Positions 35,062 through 44,579 of a stretch of 64,000 nt of DNA are shown piece by piece. The stretch is from positions 7,393 to 71,392 of the forward strand of contig DASUTU010000153.1 of assembly GCA_036374435.1 (NCBI GenBank), read 5' to 3'. The translations under genes and the position numbers were made by a program. This DNA is from Actinomycetota bacterium (GTDB taxonomy: Bacteria; Actinomycetota; UBA4738; HRBIN12). The notes under the pieces are model-generated. The model ran no database searches, had not been told where the DNA came from, and saw only the letters and a list, made by a program, of their open reading frames with translations. Within the stretch, counting starts at the first letter, position 1; the number at the start of each line of letters is the position of its first letter.

Positions 35062-35778
35062 TTGCAGGACCGGATGACGATCGGCGTTGGGCACGCCCTG
35101 AAGAAGGTGCGGGAGTCGCGCGATCTGGAGCTCGAGGAGGCGGCGCGGGACACGCGCATCCGCTCCGAGTTCCTCCAGGCGATCGAGGCAGACGACTTCG
35201 ACCGCCTGCTCGGGGACGTTCACACACGGGGGTGCCTGCGGACCTACGCGTCGTATCTCCGCCTCTCGCCTGAGAAGGTGATCGCCGCGTACGAGTCGTC
35301 GATGCCGGCGCGGAGCGTCGAGGCGGCCGGCGCGCAGGGCCTCGCGCCGCCGGAGATGCCGACGCTGGGGCGTCGCCGTCTTCGCGACAATCATCGCCTC
35401 CTCGGCATGATCGCGGCGACGATCCTGGTGCTCGCAGCGGCGTTCGGGGTGCTCTCGGCGCGCCAGCCGGCGCCGGCGCCGGCCGAACCGGAGACCGAGG
35501 CTCCCGCGGCCGCGGTGGACCCCGAGCTCTCCATCACGGTGACGATCACGGCGCGCGAACCCGTCGACGTCACGATCGTGGCCGACGGAGGAGAGCCGGA
35601 CCGCTACCGGCTGGAGGCCGGAGAGGGCCGCTCGTTCGACGGCAAGGGCTCGATCAAGGTCTGGCTCTCGAGCGGCGGCGTGGCCAGGGTCACGGTGAAC
35701 GGCCGCGACCTCGGGTTTCCCGGTGTGAAGGGCCGCCCCTGGGAGGACACCTTCGCCTTCGGCACGCCGTCGCCGTGA
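35062..35778 (+). CDS. XRE-type helix-turn-helix protein with TM segment and C-terminal DUF4115 (RodZ-like architecture)
   Basis: HTH TIGVGHALKKVRESRDLELEEAARDTRIRSEFLQAIEADDF; TM LLGMIAATILVLAAAFGVL; DUF4115-like VTITAREPVDVTIVADGG...GSIKVWLSSGGVARVTVNG. Confidence 0.7.
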   Translation: MQDRMTIGVGHALKKVRESRDLELEEAARDTRIRSEFLQAIEADDFDRLLGDVHTRGCLRTYASYLRLSPEKVIAAYESSMPARSVEAAGAQGLAPPEMPTLGRRRLRDNHRLLGMIAATILVLAAAFGVLSARQPAPAPAEPETEAPAAAVDPELSITVTITAREPVDVTIVADGGEPDRYRLEAGEGRSFDGKGSIKVWLSSGGVARVTVNGRDLGFPGVKGRPWEDTFAFGTPSP

Positions 35779-37040
35779 AGGCGGAGGTCGTCGGCGTCGG
35801 GACCGAGCTGCTCCTCGGGCAGATCGTCGACACGAACGCCGCCTGGATCGGGGAGCGGCTCGCCGAGATCGGCGTGGACGTGCTGCACCATCAGGTGGTC
35901 GGCGACAACGTGGGGCGCATCGTGGAGGTGCTCACGTTGGCGCTGTCCCGATCGGACGCCGTGATCGTCACCGGCGGGCTGGGCCCCACCCAGGACGACG
36001 TCACCCGGCACGCCCTCGCCGAGGCGACCGGGGTGGCGCTCGAACGCCGGCCCGAGCTCGCCGAGATGATCCGCGAGCGATTCACGCGCGCGGGCCGCGA
36101 GATGCCTCTGTCGAACCTCGTCCAGGCCGACCTGCCCGCGGGGGCGCGAGCCATCGTCCCCCGGCGGGGAACCGCGCCGGGCATCGTGGTCGACCTCGCC
36201 GACCGGCGGGTGTACGCCGTGCCGGGTGTCCCGGCGGAGATGCGGGAGATGATGGAGGGGACGGTGCTCCCGGAGCTCGCCGCGGCGGCCGGCCCCGCCA
36301 CGATCGTCTCGCGGATCGTTCGCTGCGTCGGCATCGCGGAGTCGCGCGTGGCCGAGCTCCTGGACGACGTGTTCCAGGGGTCGACGAACCCGACCGTGGC
36401 CTACCTGGCCGGCGGGGGAGAGGTGAAGGTGCGCCTCACCGCCAAGGCCCCCACCGCCGAGGAGGCCGGGGCGATGCTCGTGCCCGCGATCGAGACCGTG
36501 GTCGAGCGCGTCGGCGACTTCGTCACCTCGACGTCGGACGAGGACCTCGAGGAGGTGGTGGGGCGGCTGCTGCGGGCCGCGGGATCCACCGTCGCCTGCG
36601 CCGAGTCGCTCACGGCCGGGTCGCTCTCGGCCCGGCTGGCGAGGGTCCCGGGGGCCTCCGACTACCTGCTCGGCTCGGCGGTGACGTACGGTGCCCGGGC
36701 CAAGCGCGACCTGCTCGGGGTGTCCGAGGCGACCCTGGCCGGCCCCGGCGTCGTCAGCCGCGAGTGCGCCGCCGAGATGGCCGCGGGAGCCCGGCGGGCC
36801 TTCGGCGCCGATCTCGGCCTGGCGCTCACGGGAGCGGCGGGCCCCGAGCCCCACGACGGCGCGGAGCCGGGCACCGCCTGGGTGGCGCTGGACGGCGAGG
36901 AGATCGCCCATCAGCGGAAGATCCGGGCGCCCGGCGACCGGCCGATGGTGGTCCGCTGGTCCGAACAGGCGGCGCTCGACCTGGTGCGGCGCCACCTCGA
37001 GGGCCGGCCGCTGCCGGACGCCGAACCCGTGGTTCGCTGA
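35775..37040 (+). CDS. cinA: competence/damage-inducible protein CinA (MocF-like plus NMN deamidase PncC domain)
   Basis: MKAEVVGVGTELLLGQIVDTNAAWIGERLAEIGVDV...TGGLGPTQDDVT; C-terminal CinA domain CAESLTAGSLSARL. Confidence 0.9.
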   Translation: MKAEVVGVGTELLLGQIVDTNAAWIGERLAEIGVDVLHHQVVGDNVGRIVEVLTLALSRSDAVIVTGGLGPTQDDVTRHALAEATGVALERRPELAEMIRERFTRAGREMPLSNLVQADLPAGARAIVPRRGTAPGIVVDLADRRVYAVPGVPAEMREMMEGTVLPELAAAAGPATIVSRIVRCVGIAESRVAELLDDVFQGSTNPTVAYLAGGGEVKVRLTAKAPTAEEAGAMLVPAIETVVERVGDFVTSTSDEDLEEVVGRLLRAAGSTVACAESLTAGSLSARLARVPGASDYLLGSAVTYGARAKRDLLGVSEATLAGPGVVSRECAAEMAAGARRAFGADLGLALTGAAGPEPHDGAEPGTAWVALDGEEIAHQRKIRAPGDRPMVVRWSEQAALDLVRRHLEGRPLPDAEPVVR

Positions 37041-37625
37041 ATGGCCCGGGATCGCGCGTCGCGTCCGGAGGCGAAGCCGCTCCGGCTGTTCGTGGCGTTC
37101 GACGTGCCCGAGCCGGTGCTGGACGCCGTGGAGGCCGCCGAGGCGCCGCTCCGCGAGCAGTTCCCCCGCGCGCGATGGGTGCCGCGCCAGAACCGCCACG
37201 TTACGGTGAAGTTCCTGGGCTCGACGTGGCCGAGGCTCGTCGACTGGGTCCTCACGTCCGTGGCGACTGCCGCTGCCGCCGCCGAGCCCGTGCCGACCCG
37301 CGTGACCGGGCTCGGCGTCTTCCCGAACGCGCGGCGCGCCCGGGTGCTCTGGGCAGGCCTCGACGACGGCGACCGCGTCCTGGCCCGGCTGGCGGCCGGC
37401 CTGGACGAGGCCCTGGCCCGCGAGTTCACGCCCGAGAAGCGGGCGTTCACCGCGCACCTGACGCTCGCCCGGTTCGACCCGTCCGTCCCGATCGGGGACC
37501 TGCCGCCGGCGGACGCGCTCGGCGACCCGTTCACGGTGGACCGGATCGTCTTGTATCGCAGCCACCTGCGGCGCCCGGCCCCCGTCTACGAGGCCTTCGA
37601 GACGTTCTCGCTCGGACGTCGTTGA
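37041..37625 (+). CDS. thpR: RNA 2',3'-cyclic phosphodiesterase (2H family, ThpR/LigT)
   Basis: Two H-x-T/S-x motifs, HVTVKFLG and HLTLARF. RLFVAFDVP N-terminus. Confidence 0.85.
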   Translation: MARDRASRPEAKPLRLFVAFDVPEPVLDAVEAAEAPLREQFPRARWVPRQNRHVTVKFLGSTWPRLVDWVLTSVATAAAAAEPVPTRVTGLGVFPNARRARVLWAGLDDGDRVLARLAAGLDEALAREFTPEKRAFTAHLTLARFDPSVPIGDLPPADALGDPFTVDRIVLYRSHLRRPAPVYEAFETFSLGRR

Positions 37626-37650
37626 CCTCGAACACGTGTTCGACTAAGGT
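37622..37650 (+). promoter_or_regulatory. recA promoter with embedded LexA (SOS) box: TTGACC - TCGAACACGTGTTCGA - c - TAAGGT
   Basis: Perfect 16-bp palindrome TCGAAC-ACGT-GTTCGA (37628-37643) lies between a -35 TTGACC (37622-37627) and a -10 TAAGGT (37645-37650). It is about 160 nt upstream of the recA ATG. Confidence 0.75.
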
Positions 37651-37809
37651 CGGGGTTGCACGTGGCCCGGTTCCGGGCCTAGTTTCAGGGGTGTAATCAC
37701 AGGAGCGTGGTTCGTGTCGGACCCTCACGGTAACGTCCGTCCCGCACTCGGGGAGGGGCTCACCGGCGTGGTGAAGCGGTGGGCGAGGGATCAGAAGGAG
37801 GCTTCGCGC

Positions 37810-38910
<1,101 letters not shown>

Positions 38911-38947
38911 GGGAAGGGTCGGCCGGCCCCGGTCTCTCGCTGCCTCC

Positions 38948-39421
38948 ATGGCCAAGACGCCGCTGGACTGCCACGAGCGGGCCCTCGGCCTGCTGGCCGT
39001 CCGGCCGCGGTCGCGCCGCGAGCTCCGCACCCGGCTCCTGCGGGCAGGGTTCGAGGCGGGCGAGGTCGACGGGGAGCTCGAGCGGCTCGAAGCGGTGGGG
39101 CTCGTGGACGACGACGAGTTCGCCCGCCGGGTGGCCGAACACGAGCTCTCGGTGCGGTTGTCCGGGCGGCGGGCCATCGAGAACCGGCTGGCCGCCAAAG
39201 GCGTGGACCGGGCCACGATCGACCGTGCCCTGGAGGACGTCGGCGTTCCGGACGAGGAGCGTGCTCTCGAGCTGGCGCGGGATCGAGCCCGCCGGCTGGG
39301 CGGCCTCCGGCCCGAACAGGCCTACTCCCGCCTGGTGTCGTTCCTGGCCAGGCGGGGCTATGAGCCCGGCATCGCCCACAGCGCCGCCCGGGCCGCGCTC
39401 GGGGCCGGGACGGAGGAGTGA
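38948..39421 (+). CDS. recX: RecA regulator RecX
   Basis: MAKTPLDCHERALGLLAVRPRSRRELRTRLLRAGF, repeated three-helix modules. Directly downstream of recA. Confidence 0.85.
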   Translation: MAKTPLDCHERALGLLAVRPRSRRELRTRLLRAGFEAGEVDGELERLEAVGLVDDDEFARRVAEHELSVRLSGRRAIENRLAAKGVDRATIDRALEDVGVPDEERALELARDRARRLGGLRPEQAYSRLVSFLARRGYEPGIAHSAARAALGAGTEE

Positions 39422-39620
39422 GGGGTGTGGAGGCCACCCTTGCCTCATCGTGCGAGAGGCCGTACCCTCGGCGCAGAAGGTTCATCGGATCGTCAACTGT
39501 TCGAGACGCGCCTGACACGTCGAGATCGAAGACACAAGGTTCCCAGGTAGCAGACCGGATCCGGGGAGGCGAAGGGCCGCACAGGCAGCGCCGTCCCTAG
39601 ATCATCCGTATCGGACGCAC

Positions 39621-39670
39621 GGCCGAACAGGGCCCGGTGGGCCTCGGTTCGGCCGTGTTGTCGTTTTGTT
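39621..39670 (+). terminator. hairpin GGCCGAACAGGGCCCGGTGGGCCTCGGTTCGGCC then GTGTTGTCGTTTTGTTCG, just before the rny SD
   Basis: Long GC stem with internal GGGCCC sub-palindrome and a T-rich tail. Ends about 12 nt before the rny SD GGGAGG. Could be the recX terminator or an rny leader attenuator. Confidence 0.4.
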
Positions 39671-39682
39671 CGGGAGGCGACG

Positions 39683-41215
39683 ATGGAAGCGTTCGTGGCG
39701 GGTGCCGTGGCTCTCGCCGTCGGGATCGGCATCGGGTTCCTCGTCCGCAAGGTGATCGCGCAGTCGCAGGTCCACAGCGCGGAGGCGAGGGCGCAGAAGG
39801 TCATCCTCGAGGCCGAACGCGAGGCGGAACACCTGACGCGAGAGGCGCTCGTCGAGGCCCGCGACGAGATCGGAGGGCTCCGGCGAGAGGCGGAGGAGGA
39901 CCTGCGGTCGCGGCGGGAGGAGGTCAAACGTCAGGAGGAGCGCCTGGCGCAGAAGGAGTCGTCGGTCGATCGCAAGCTCGACGGGGCGGACCGCCGGGCC
40001 GAGGAGCTCGACGACCGCGACCGAAAGCTCCAGCAAGTGCGTCAGCAGCTCGAGCAGGCCGCGGAGCAACACCGCAAACGCCTGGAGGACATCGCCCACA
40101 TGACCGCGCAGGAGGCCAGGGAGGCCCTGCGCCGGCAGGTGGTGGAGGACGCCAAACGCGAGGCGATGGCCACCGTCCGCGAGATCGAGCAGCGGGCCAG
40201 GGAGGAGGGGGAGGAGCGCGCGCGCAAGATCGTGACGATCGCGATCCAGCGCGTGGCCTCGGAGCAGACGGCCGAGTCCTCCGTCTCGGTGTTCTCGCTG
40301 CCGAGCGAGGACATGAAGGGACGGATCATCGGACGGGAGGGCCGGAACATCCGGGCGTTCGAGGCCGTCACCGGCGTGAACCTGATCATCGACGACACGC
40401 CCGAGGCCGTCGTGTTGTCCTGCTTCGATCCCGTCCGTCGCGAGACCGCCCGCCTCACCCTGGAGAAGCTCGTCCAGGACGGCCGGATCCACCCGGCGAG
40501 GATCGAGGAGACGTTCGACCGTTCGTCGAGCGAGATCGAGGAGCGGATCCGTCGCGCCGGTGAGGAGGCCGTGATGGACGTCGGCATCACGGACATGCAC
40601 CCGGAGATGATCCGGCTCCTCGGCCGGCTCCAGTTCCGGACGTCGTACGGGCAGAACGTGCTTCGGCACCTGGTGGAGTCCGCGCACATCGCCGCGGCGA
40701 TCAGCACGGAGCTGGGCGTCGACCCCACGGTCCCCAAACGCGGCGCGCTCCTGCACGACATCGGCAAGGCCGTGACCCACGAGGTCGAGGGGTCGCACGC
40801 GATCATCGGCGCCGAGATCGCTCGGCGGATGAAGGAGGCCCCCGAGGTGGTGCACTGCATCGAGTCGCACCACGGCGAGGTCGAGCAGCGAACGATCGAG
40901 GCGGTCATCGCGCAGATCGCCGACGGGATCTCGGGCGGCCGTCCCGGCGCTCGCCGGGAGAGCCTCGAGACGTACGTGAAACGACTGGAGCGCCTCGAGG
41001 AGATCTGCACGAGTTACCCGGGGGTGGAGAAGGTCTACGCCATGCAGGCCGGCCGCGAGGTGCGTGTGATGGTCAAGCCCACCGACATCGACGACCTGTC
41101 CGCCCAGGTGATGGCGCGAGACATCGCCAAGCAGGTGGAAGAGGAGCTTCAGTACCCCGGCCAGATCAAGATCACCGTGGTCCGCGAGACCCGGTCGGTC
41201 GAATACGCGAAGTAG
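39683..41215 (+). CDS. rny: ribonuclease Y (N-terminal TM, coiled coil, KH and HD domains)
   Basis: MEAFVAGAVALAVGIGIGFLV TM; KH GRIIGREGRNIRAFEAVTGVNLIIDD; HD LRHLVESAHIAAAI...LLHDIGKA...ESHHGE. Confidence 0.9.
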   Translation: MEAFVAGAVALAVGIGIGFLVRKVIAQSQVHSAEARAQKVILEAEREAEHLTREALVEARDEIGGLRREAEEDLRSRREEVKRQEERLAQKESSVDRKLDGADRRAEELDDRDRKLQQVRQQLEQAAEQHRKRLEDIAHMTAQEAREALRRQVVEDAKREAMATVREIEQRAREEGEERARKIVTIAIQRVASEQTAESSVSVFSLPSEDMKGRIIGREGRNIRAFEAVTGVNLIIDDTPEAVVLSCFDPVRRETARLTLEKLVQDGRIHPARIEETFDRSSSEIEERIRRAGEEAVMDVGITDMHPEMIRLLGRLQFRTSYGQNVLRHLVESAHIAAAISTELGVDPTVPKRGALLHDIGKAVTHEVEGSHAIIGAEIARRMKEAPEVVHCIESHHGEVEQRTIEAVIAQIADGISGGRPGARRESLETYVKRLERLEEICTSYPGVEKVYAMQAGREVRVMVKPTDIDDLSAQVMARDIAKQVEEELQYPGQIKITVVRETRSVEYAK

Positions 41216-41249
41216 CCGCTCGCCCCGCTCGTCGCGGATGAGCAGATGA

Positions 41250-41298
41250 GCGGATGAGAGGAGTCTCATCCGCTCCTTACGGGGGCCTCACGCCCCCC
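41250..41298 (+). terminator. two consecutive hairpins downstream of rny (GCGGATGAGA-ggag-TCTCATCCGC, then GGGGGC-ctcac-GCCCCC)
   Basis: Perfect 10-bp stem followed by TCCTTAC, then a 6-bp GC stem. Weak U-tracts. Confidence 0.4.
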
Positions 41299-41347
41299 GG
41301 ATACCTTCGACTCGACGGATCGAGCGAGAAGAGGGGGAGGTATCCGC

Positions 41348-41716
41348 ATGATTCCGAAGATCCTGATGGGGCTCATGGTGGCGGCGCTCGTCGCCTTCGT
41401 GTATCCGGTCGCAACGCCGGCCGCAGGACGCGCCGACGACGAGGTCGTGGTGGCTCGCGAGGAAGACGTCGACGGCGAGGTCGTCTCCAACGACGACGGG
41501 GACGATGACGGCGGCGACACGAACGGCACCAACTCGTTCACGAGCGGGGTCGACAGCAACGACGGCACGAACAGCCGAGCGACGAGCGTCTCTCGAGGCG
41601 ACGATCGCAGCCGCGGGGACCTCACGCGGGACCGGACGAAGGACGGGCCCGGCTCCAGCACCCGCGACCGGTCACGACACCACACCAACGACCGGTCGCG
41701 GCACGACACCCGCTGA
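41348..41716 (+). CDS. small secreted acidic low-complexity protein (122 aa)
   Basis: SD GGGGGAGG before ATG. Signal peptide MIPKILMGLMVAALVAFVYPVATPAAG, then an Asp/Gly/Thr/Ser/Arg-rich tail (EEDVDGEVVSNDDGDDDGGDTNGTNSFTSGVDSNDGTNS...). Confidence 0.55.
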   Translation: MIPKILMGLMVAALVAFVYPVATPAAGRADDEVVVAREEDVDGEVVSNDDGDDDGGDTNGTNSFTSGVDSNDGTNSRATSVSRGDDRSRGDLTRDRTKDGPGSSTRDRSRHHTNDRSRHDTR

Positions 41717-41740
41717 CCCGGACCCGAGAGGACGGACGAG

Positions 41741-42643
41741 ATGGTGACCGCGACGAGCGACCTCCGCCGGGCCTGGGAGCTCGGCGCCGGGGACGAGATC
41801 GCCCCGGGGCTCCTCGCCCAGCAGCTGCTGGGCGGCGGGTCGAGGTACGAGGCGTACCTGGCGTTCGACGAGCGCCTGCATCACCTGGTCGTGGTGAAGG
41901 TCCTTCGCCCCGACCGGATCGGCGACGAGGCGGCCCGGAGCGGGCTCCGCGCAGAGGCGGAGGTGCTCGCCGCGGTCAACCACCCGGCGATCGCGCGCAT
42001 GCTCCGGGCCGGTCTGGACGACGAGCGCCCGCACTTGGTGCTCGAGTTCGTGGAGGGACCGCGCCTGTCGACGCTGATCCGCAGGTTCGGCCCGGTCGAG
42101 TCGGTCCAGGCGGCGCCCCTGGCGGTCGAGGTTGCCTCGGCGTTGCACTACCTGCACGGCCTCGGCCTGGTCCACCTGGACGTGAAGCCGAAGAACCTGA
42201 TCATGGGCGCACCCCCGCGCCTGATCGACCTCAGCATCGCCCGGTCGATCGAATCGGCGGCTCGGCTCGACGTGGCGATCGGGACCGACGCCTACATGGC
42301 GCCGGAGCAGTGCACGCCTTCACCCGGGCGCGTCGGGCCGCCCGCCGACGTGTGGGGTCTGGGCGTGACGTTGTACGAGGCGCTGGCCGGGCGCCCCGCC
42401 TTCCCGGCGGGTGATCCCGACGGCGCCTCGGCAGAAGAGCGGTTCCCGCAGCTCGTGTGTGGCGTGGAGCCGCTCCCGGAGCACGTGCCCGAGGAGCTGC
42501 GGAGCGCGGCCGAGGCCGCGTTGGCGTACGAACCCGCGGACCGGCCGGCCGTGGCAGAGCTCGCCGACCTGGTCGAGCCGCTCCTGCGGCACCCCCGGCG
42601 CCTGGTGCTCAACCAGCTGAAACCGAGAACGAGGAAGGAGTGA
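41741..42643 (+). CDS. Hanks-type Ser/Thr protein kinase, catalytic domain only (300 aa, no sensor or TM)
   Basis: G-loop LGGGSRYEAY, VVVKVL (Lys), HLDVKPKNL (HRD-like loop with Leu for Arg), IDLS (DFG-like), TDAYMAPE (APE). Confidence 0.85.
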   Translation: MVTATSDLRRAWELGAGDEIAPGLLAQQLLGGGSRYEAYLAFDERLHHLVVVKVLRPDRIGDEAARSGLRAEAEVLAAVNHPAIARMLRAGLDDERPHLVLEFVEGPRLSTLIRRFGPVESVQAAPLAVEVASALHYLHGLGLVHLDVKPKNLIMGAPPRLIDLSIARSIESAARLDVAIGTDAYMAPEQCTPSPGRVGPPADVWGLGVTLYEALAGRPAFPAGDPDGASAEERFPQLVCGVEPLPEHVPEELRSAAEAALAYEPADRPAVAELADLVEPLLRHPRRLVLNQLKPRTRKE

Positions 42644-42649
42644 GGGGAG

Positions 42650-43072
42650 ATGCCCTGGGGGAAGATCGCGGTGGTCGGGCTGGCCACGCTGGTCACGCTC
42701 GGCCTGGGATTGGTGGCGACGCAACCGTGGAAGGGGCCGAACCCGGTGGACGCCCTGGAGCTCGATCAAGCCTGGAAAGATGGCGATGCTCCCGACGGCG
42801 AGATCGGGGACGATGACGACGATGGCGACGACACCGGGACCCGCACCCGAGGCGGTGCACGGGACGCCTCTCGCACCGACGACGGCCGGGACGGAACCCG
42901 CGAGGGCGACACCCGCGGGGCACGCGGGACGGGAACGGCCGACAGCGTCGCGGTCGCGACCAACACCGGAGGGGACCGCGACACCAACGGCGGGGTCGTC
43001 ACGGCCACCGACGACGGGGGCGGGGCCCCCAGCGTCTCGCGGGACAGCGTCTCCGGAGGCAGCGATACCTGA
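42650..43072 (+). CDS. small secreted/membrane-anchored acidic low-complexity protein (140 aa), paralogue-like to 41348..41716
   Basis: SD GAGGGGAG before ATG, 7 nt after the kinase stop. MPWGKIAVVGLATLVTLGLGLVATQPW, then DGDAPDGEIGDDDDDGDDTGTRTRGGARDASRTDDGRDGTREGD... Confidence 0.55.
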   Translation: MPWGKIAVVGLATLVTLGLGLVATQPWKGPNPVDALELDQAWKDGDAPDGEIGDDDDDGDDTGTRTRGGARDASRTDDGRDGTREGDTRGARGTGTADSVAVATNTGGDRDTNGGVVTATDDGGGAPSVSRDSVSGGSDT

Positions 43073-43094
43073 TCCATCCGATCGAGATCCCGAC

Positions 43095-44579
43095 GTGGCC
43101 CCCGGGAGCGACTCCCGGGGGCCCGTTCCTTCGCGGCGGCGGTTGAGCTCGAGCATCGCCGTCCGGATCCTTCTCGCGTTCGCGGCGCTCATGACGGTCG
43201 CTACGGTGGTCTCGGTCATCTTGGTGCGGCAGGTGTTGTTCGCCGGGCTGGACGGCCGGATCGACTCCGACCTGGTTCAGGAATCGCGCGAGCTCACGCG
43301 CCTCGCTCGCGGGAACGACCCGGACACCGGCGAGCCGTTCGGGACCGACGTTCGGCGGATCCTCGAGGTCTTCCTCCAGCGGAACGTCCCGGCCCGCAAC
43401 GAAGCGTTGTTGTCCTTCGTGGGCGGGGAGCTCTTCGTGCGCAGCCGCAACGTGTTGCCCTACCGGCTCGACGAAGACGACGACCTGGTTCGCCGCTGGG
43501 TGGAGGCCTCGGACGTCCAGATGGACGCGGTGCAGACGCCGGGGGGCACGGTCCGGTACCTGGCCATGCCCGTGCAGGTGTCGGGTCGAACGGAGGCGGT
43601 GTTCGTGGCCGCCGTGTTCCGCGATCTCGAGGCCGAGTCGATCCAGCCGGCCGTTCGCGCGGCGGGCTTCGTCGGGCTGGGGGCCCTCCTGGTCGGTTCC
43701 CTCCTGGCGTTCCTGGTGGCGAGGAGGATCATCGACCGCGTGCAGGCGGTCGAGTTCAGCGCACGTTCGATCTCCGAGTCCGATCTCAGCCGCCGGGTGG
43801 AGGTGAGCGGCTCGGACGAGATCGCCCACCTCGCGCAGACGTTCAACGACCTGCTCGACCGCCTCGAGGGCGCGTTCCGAGCCCAGCGGGCGTTCGTGGA
43901 CGACGCGGGCCACGAGCTGCGCACGCCGATCACGATCATCCGCGGCCAGCTCGAGGTGCTCGGCGACGATCCACGACAACGAGAACACGCGGTGGCGCTC
44001 GTCACGAGCGAGCTCGACCGGATGAGCCGGATGGTGAACGACCTGCTCCTGTTGGCGAAGGCCGAGCAGCCGCAGTTCCTCGAGTTCGACCTCGTGGACG
44101 TCGGCTCGCTCACCCGTCGCGTGAACGAGAAAGCCGGGGCCCTCGCCGATCGGGACTGGCGGGTCGACGAGATCGCCGGCGGCGCCATCGTGGGCGACGG
44201 AGAGCGGTTGGAGCAGGCCCTGATCCAGCTCCTGCAGAACGCCGTCGATCACACGCCGGACGGAGCGGAGATCGCGGTCGGCTCGCGGATCCGCGACGGG
44301 GTCGCCGAGTTGTGGGTGCGGGACGCCGGGCCGGGCATCCCTCCCGAAGAACGTGAGCGCATCTTCGAACGGTTCGCCCGGGCCGGCGTCCGGCGCTCGG
44401 AGGGGGTCGGCCTCGGCCTGGCCATCGTGCGCGCGATCGCCGAAGGCCACGGCGGACGGGTCCGGCTGGACAGCGAGGTCGGGGTCGGGACCACGATCCG
44501 GATCGAGGTGCCGGTGGACCACGGGGCCGGCGCCGAGCTGCCGGAGGAACGCGAGGACGGCCCGGCGGAGCCCAGCTGA
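43095..44579 (+). CDS. sensor histidine kinase (2 TM, HAMP, HisKA, HATPase), start uncertain (GTG 43095 or TTG 43143)
   Basis: TM1 IAVRILLAFAALMTVATVVSVILV, TM2 AGFVGLGALLVGSLLAFLVA, H-box RAFVDDAGHELRTPIT, N/G boxes LIQLLQNAVDHT, VRDAGPGIP, GVGLGLAIV. Confidence 0.8.
   Translation: MAPGSDSRGPVPSRRRLSSSIAVRILLAFAALMTVATVVSVILVRQVLFAGLDGRIDSDLVQESRELTRLARGNDPDTGEPFGTDVRRILEVFLQRNVPARNEALLSFVGGELFVRSRNVLPYRLDEDDDLVRRWVEASDVQMDAVQTPGGTVRYLAMPVQVSGRTEAVFVAAVFRDLEAESIQPAVRAAGFVGLGALLVGSLLAFLVARRIIDRVQAVEFSARSISESDLSRRVEVSGSDEIAHLAQTFNDLLDRLEGAFRAQRAFVDDAGHELRTPITIIRGQLEVLGDDPRQREHAVALVTSELDRMSRMVNDLLLLAKAEQPQFLEFDLVDVGSLTRRVNEKAGALADRDWRVDEIAGGAIVGDGERLEQALIQLLQNAVDHTPDGAEIAVGSRIRDGVAELWVRDAGPGIPPEERERIFERFARAGVRRSEGVGLGLAIVRAIAEGHGGRVRLDSEVGVGTTIRIEVPVDHGAGAELPEEREDGPAEPS
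43099..43121 (+). promoter_or_regulatory. very stable hairpin CCCCCGGGAG-cga-CTCCCGGGGG (10-bp perfect stem)
   Basis: Lies 27 nt after the stop of the acidic-protein gene, at or just before the sensor-kinase start. Confidence 0.4.

Noticed and set aside
35604-37565. 653-aa minus-strand ORF antisense to cinA and thpR
   Set aside because: Antisense artefact.
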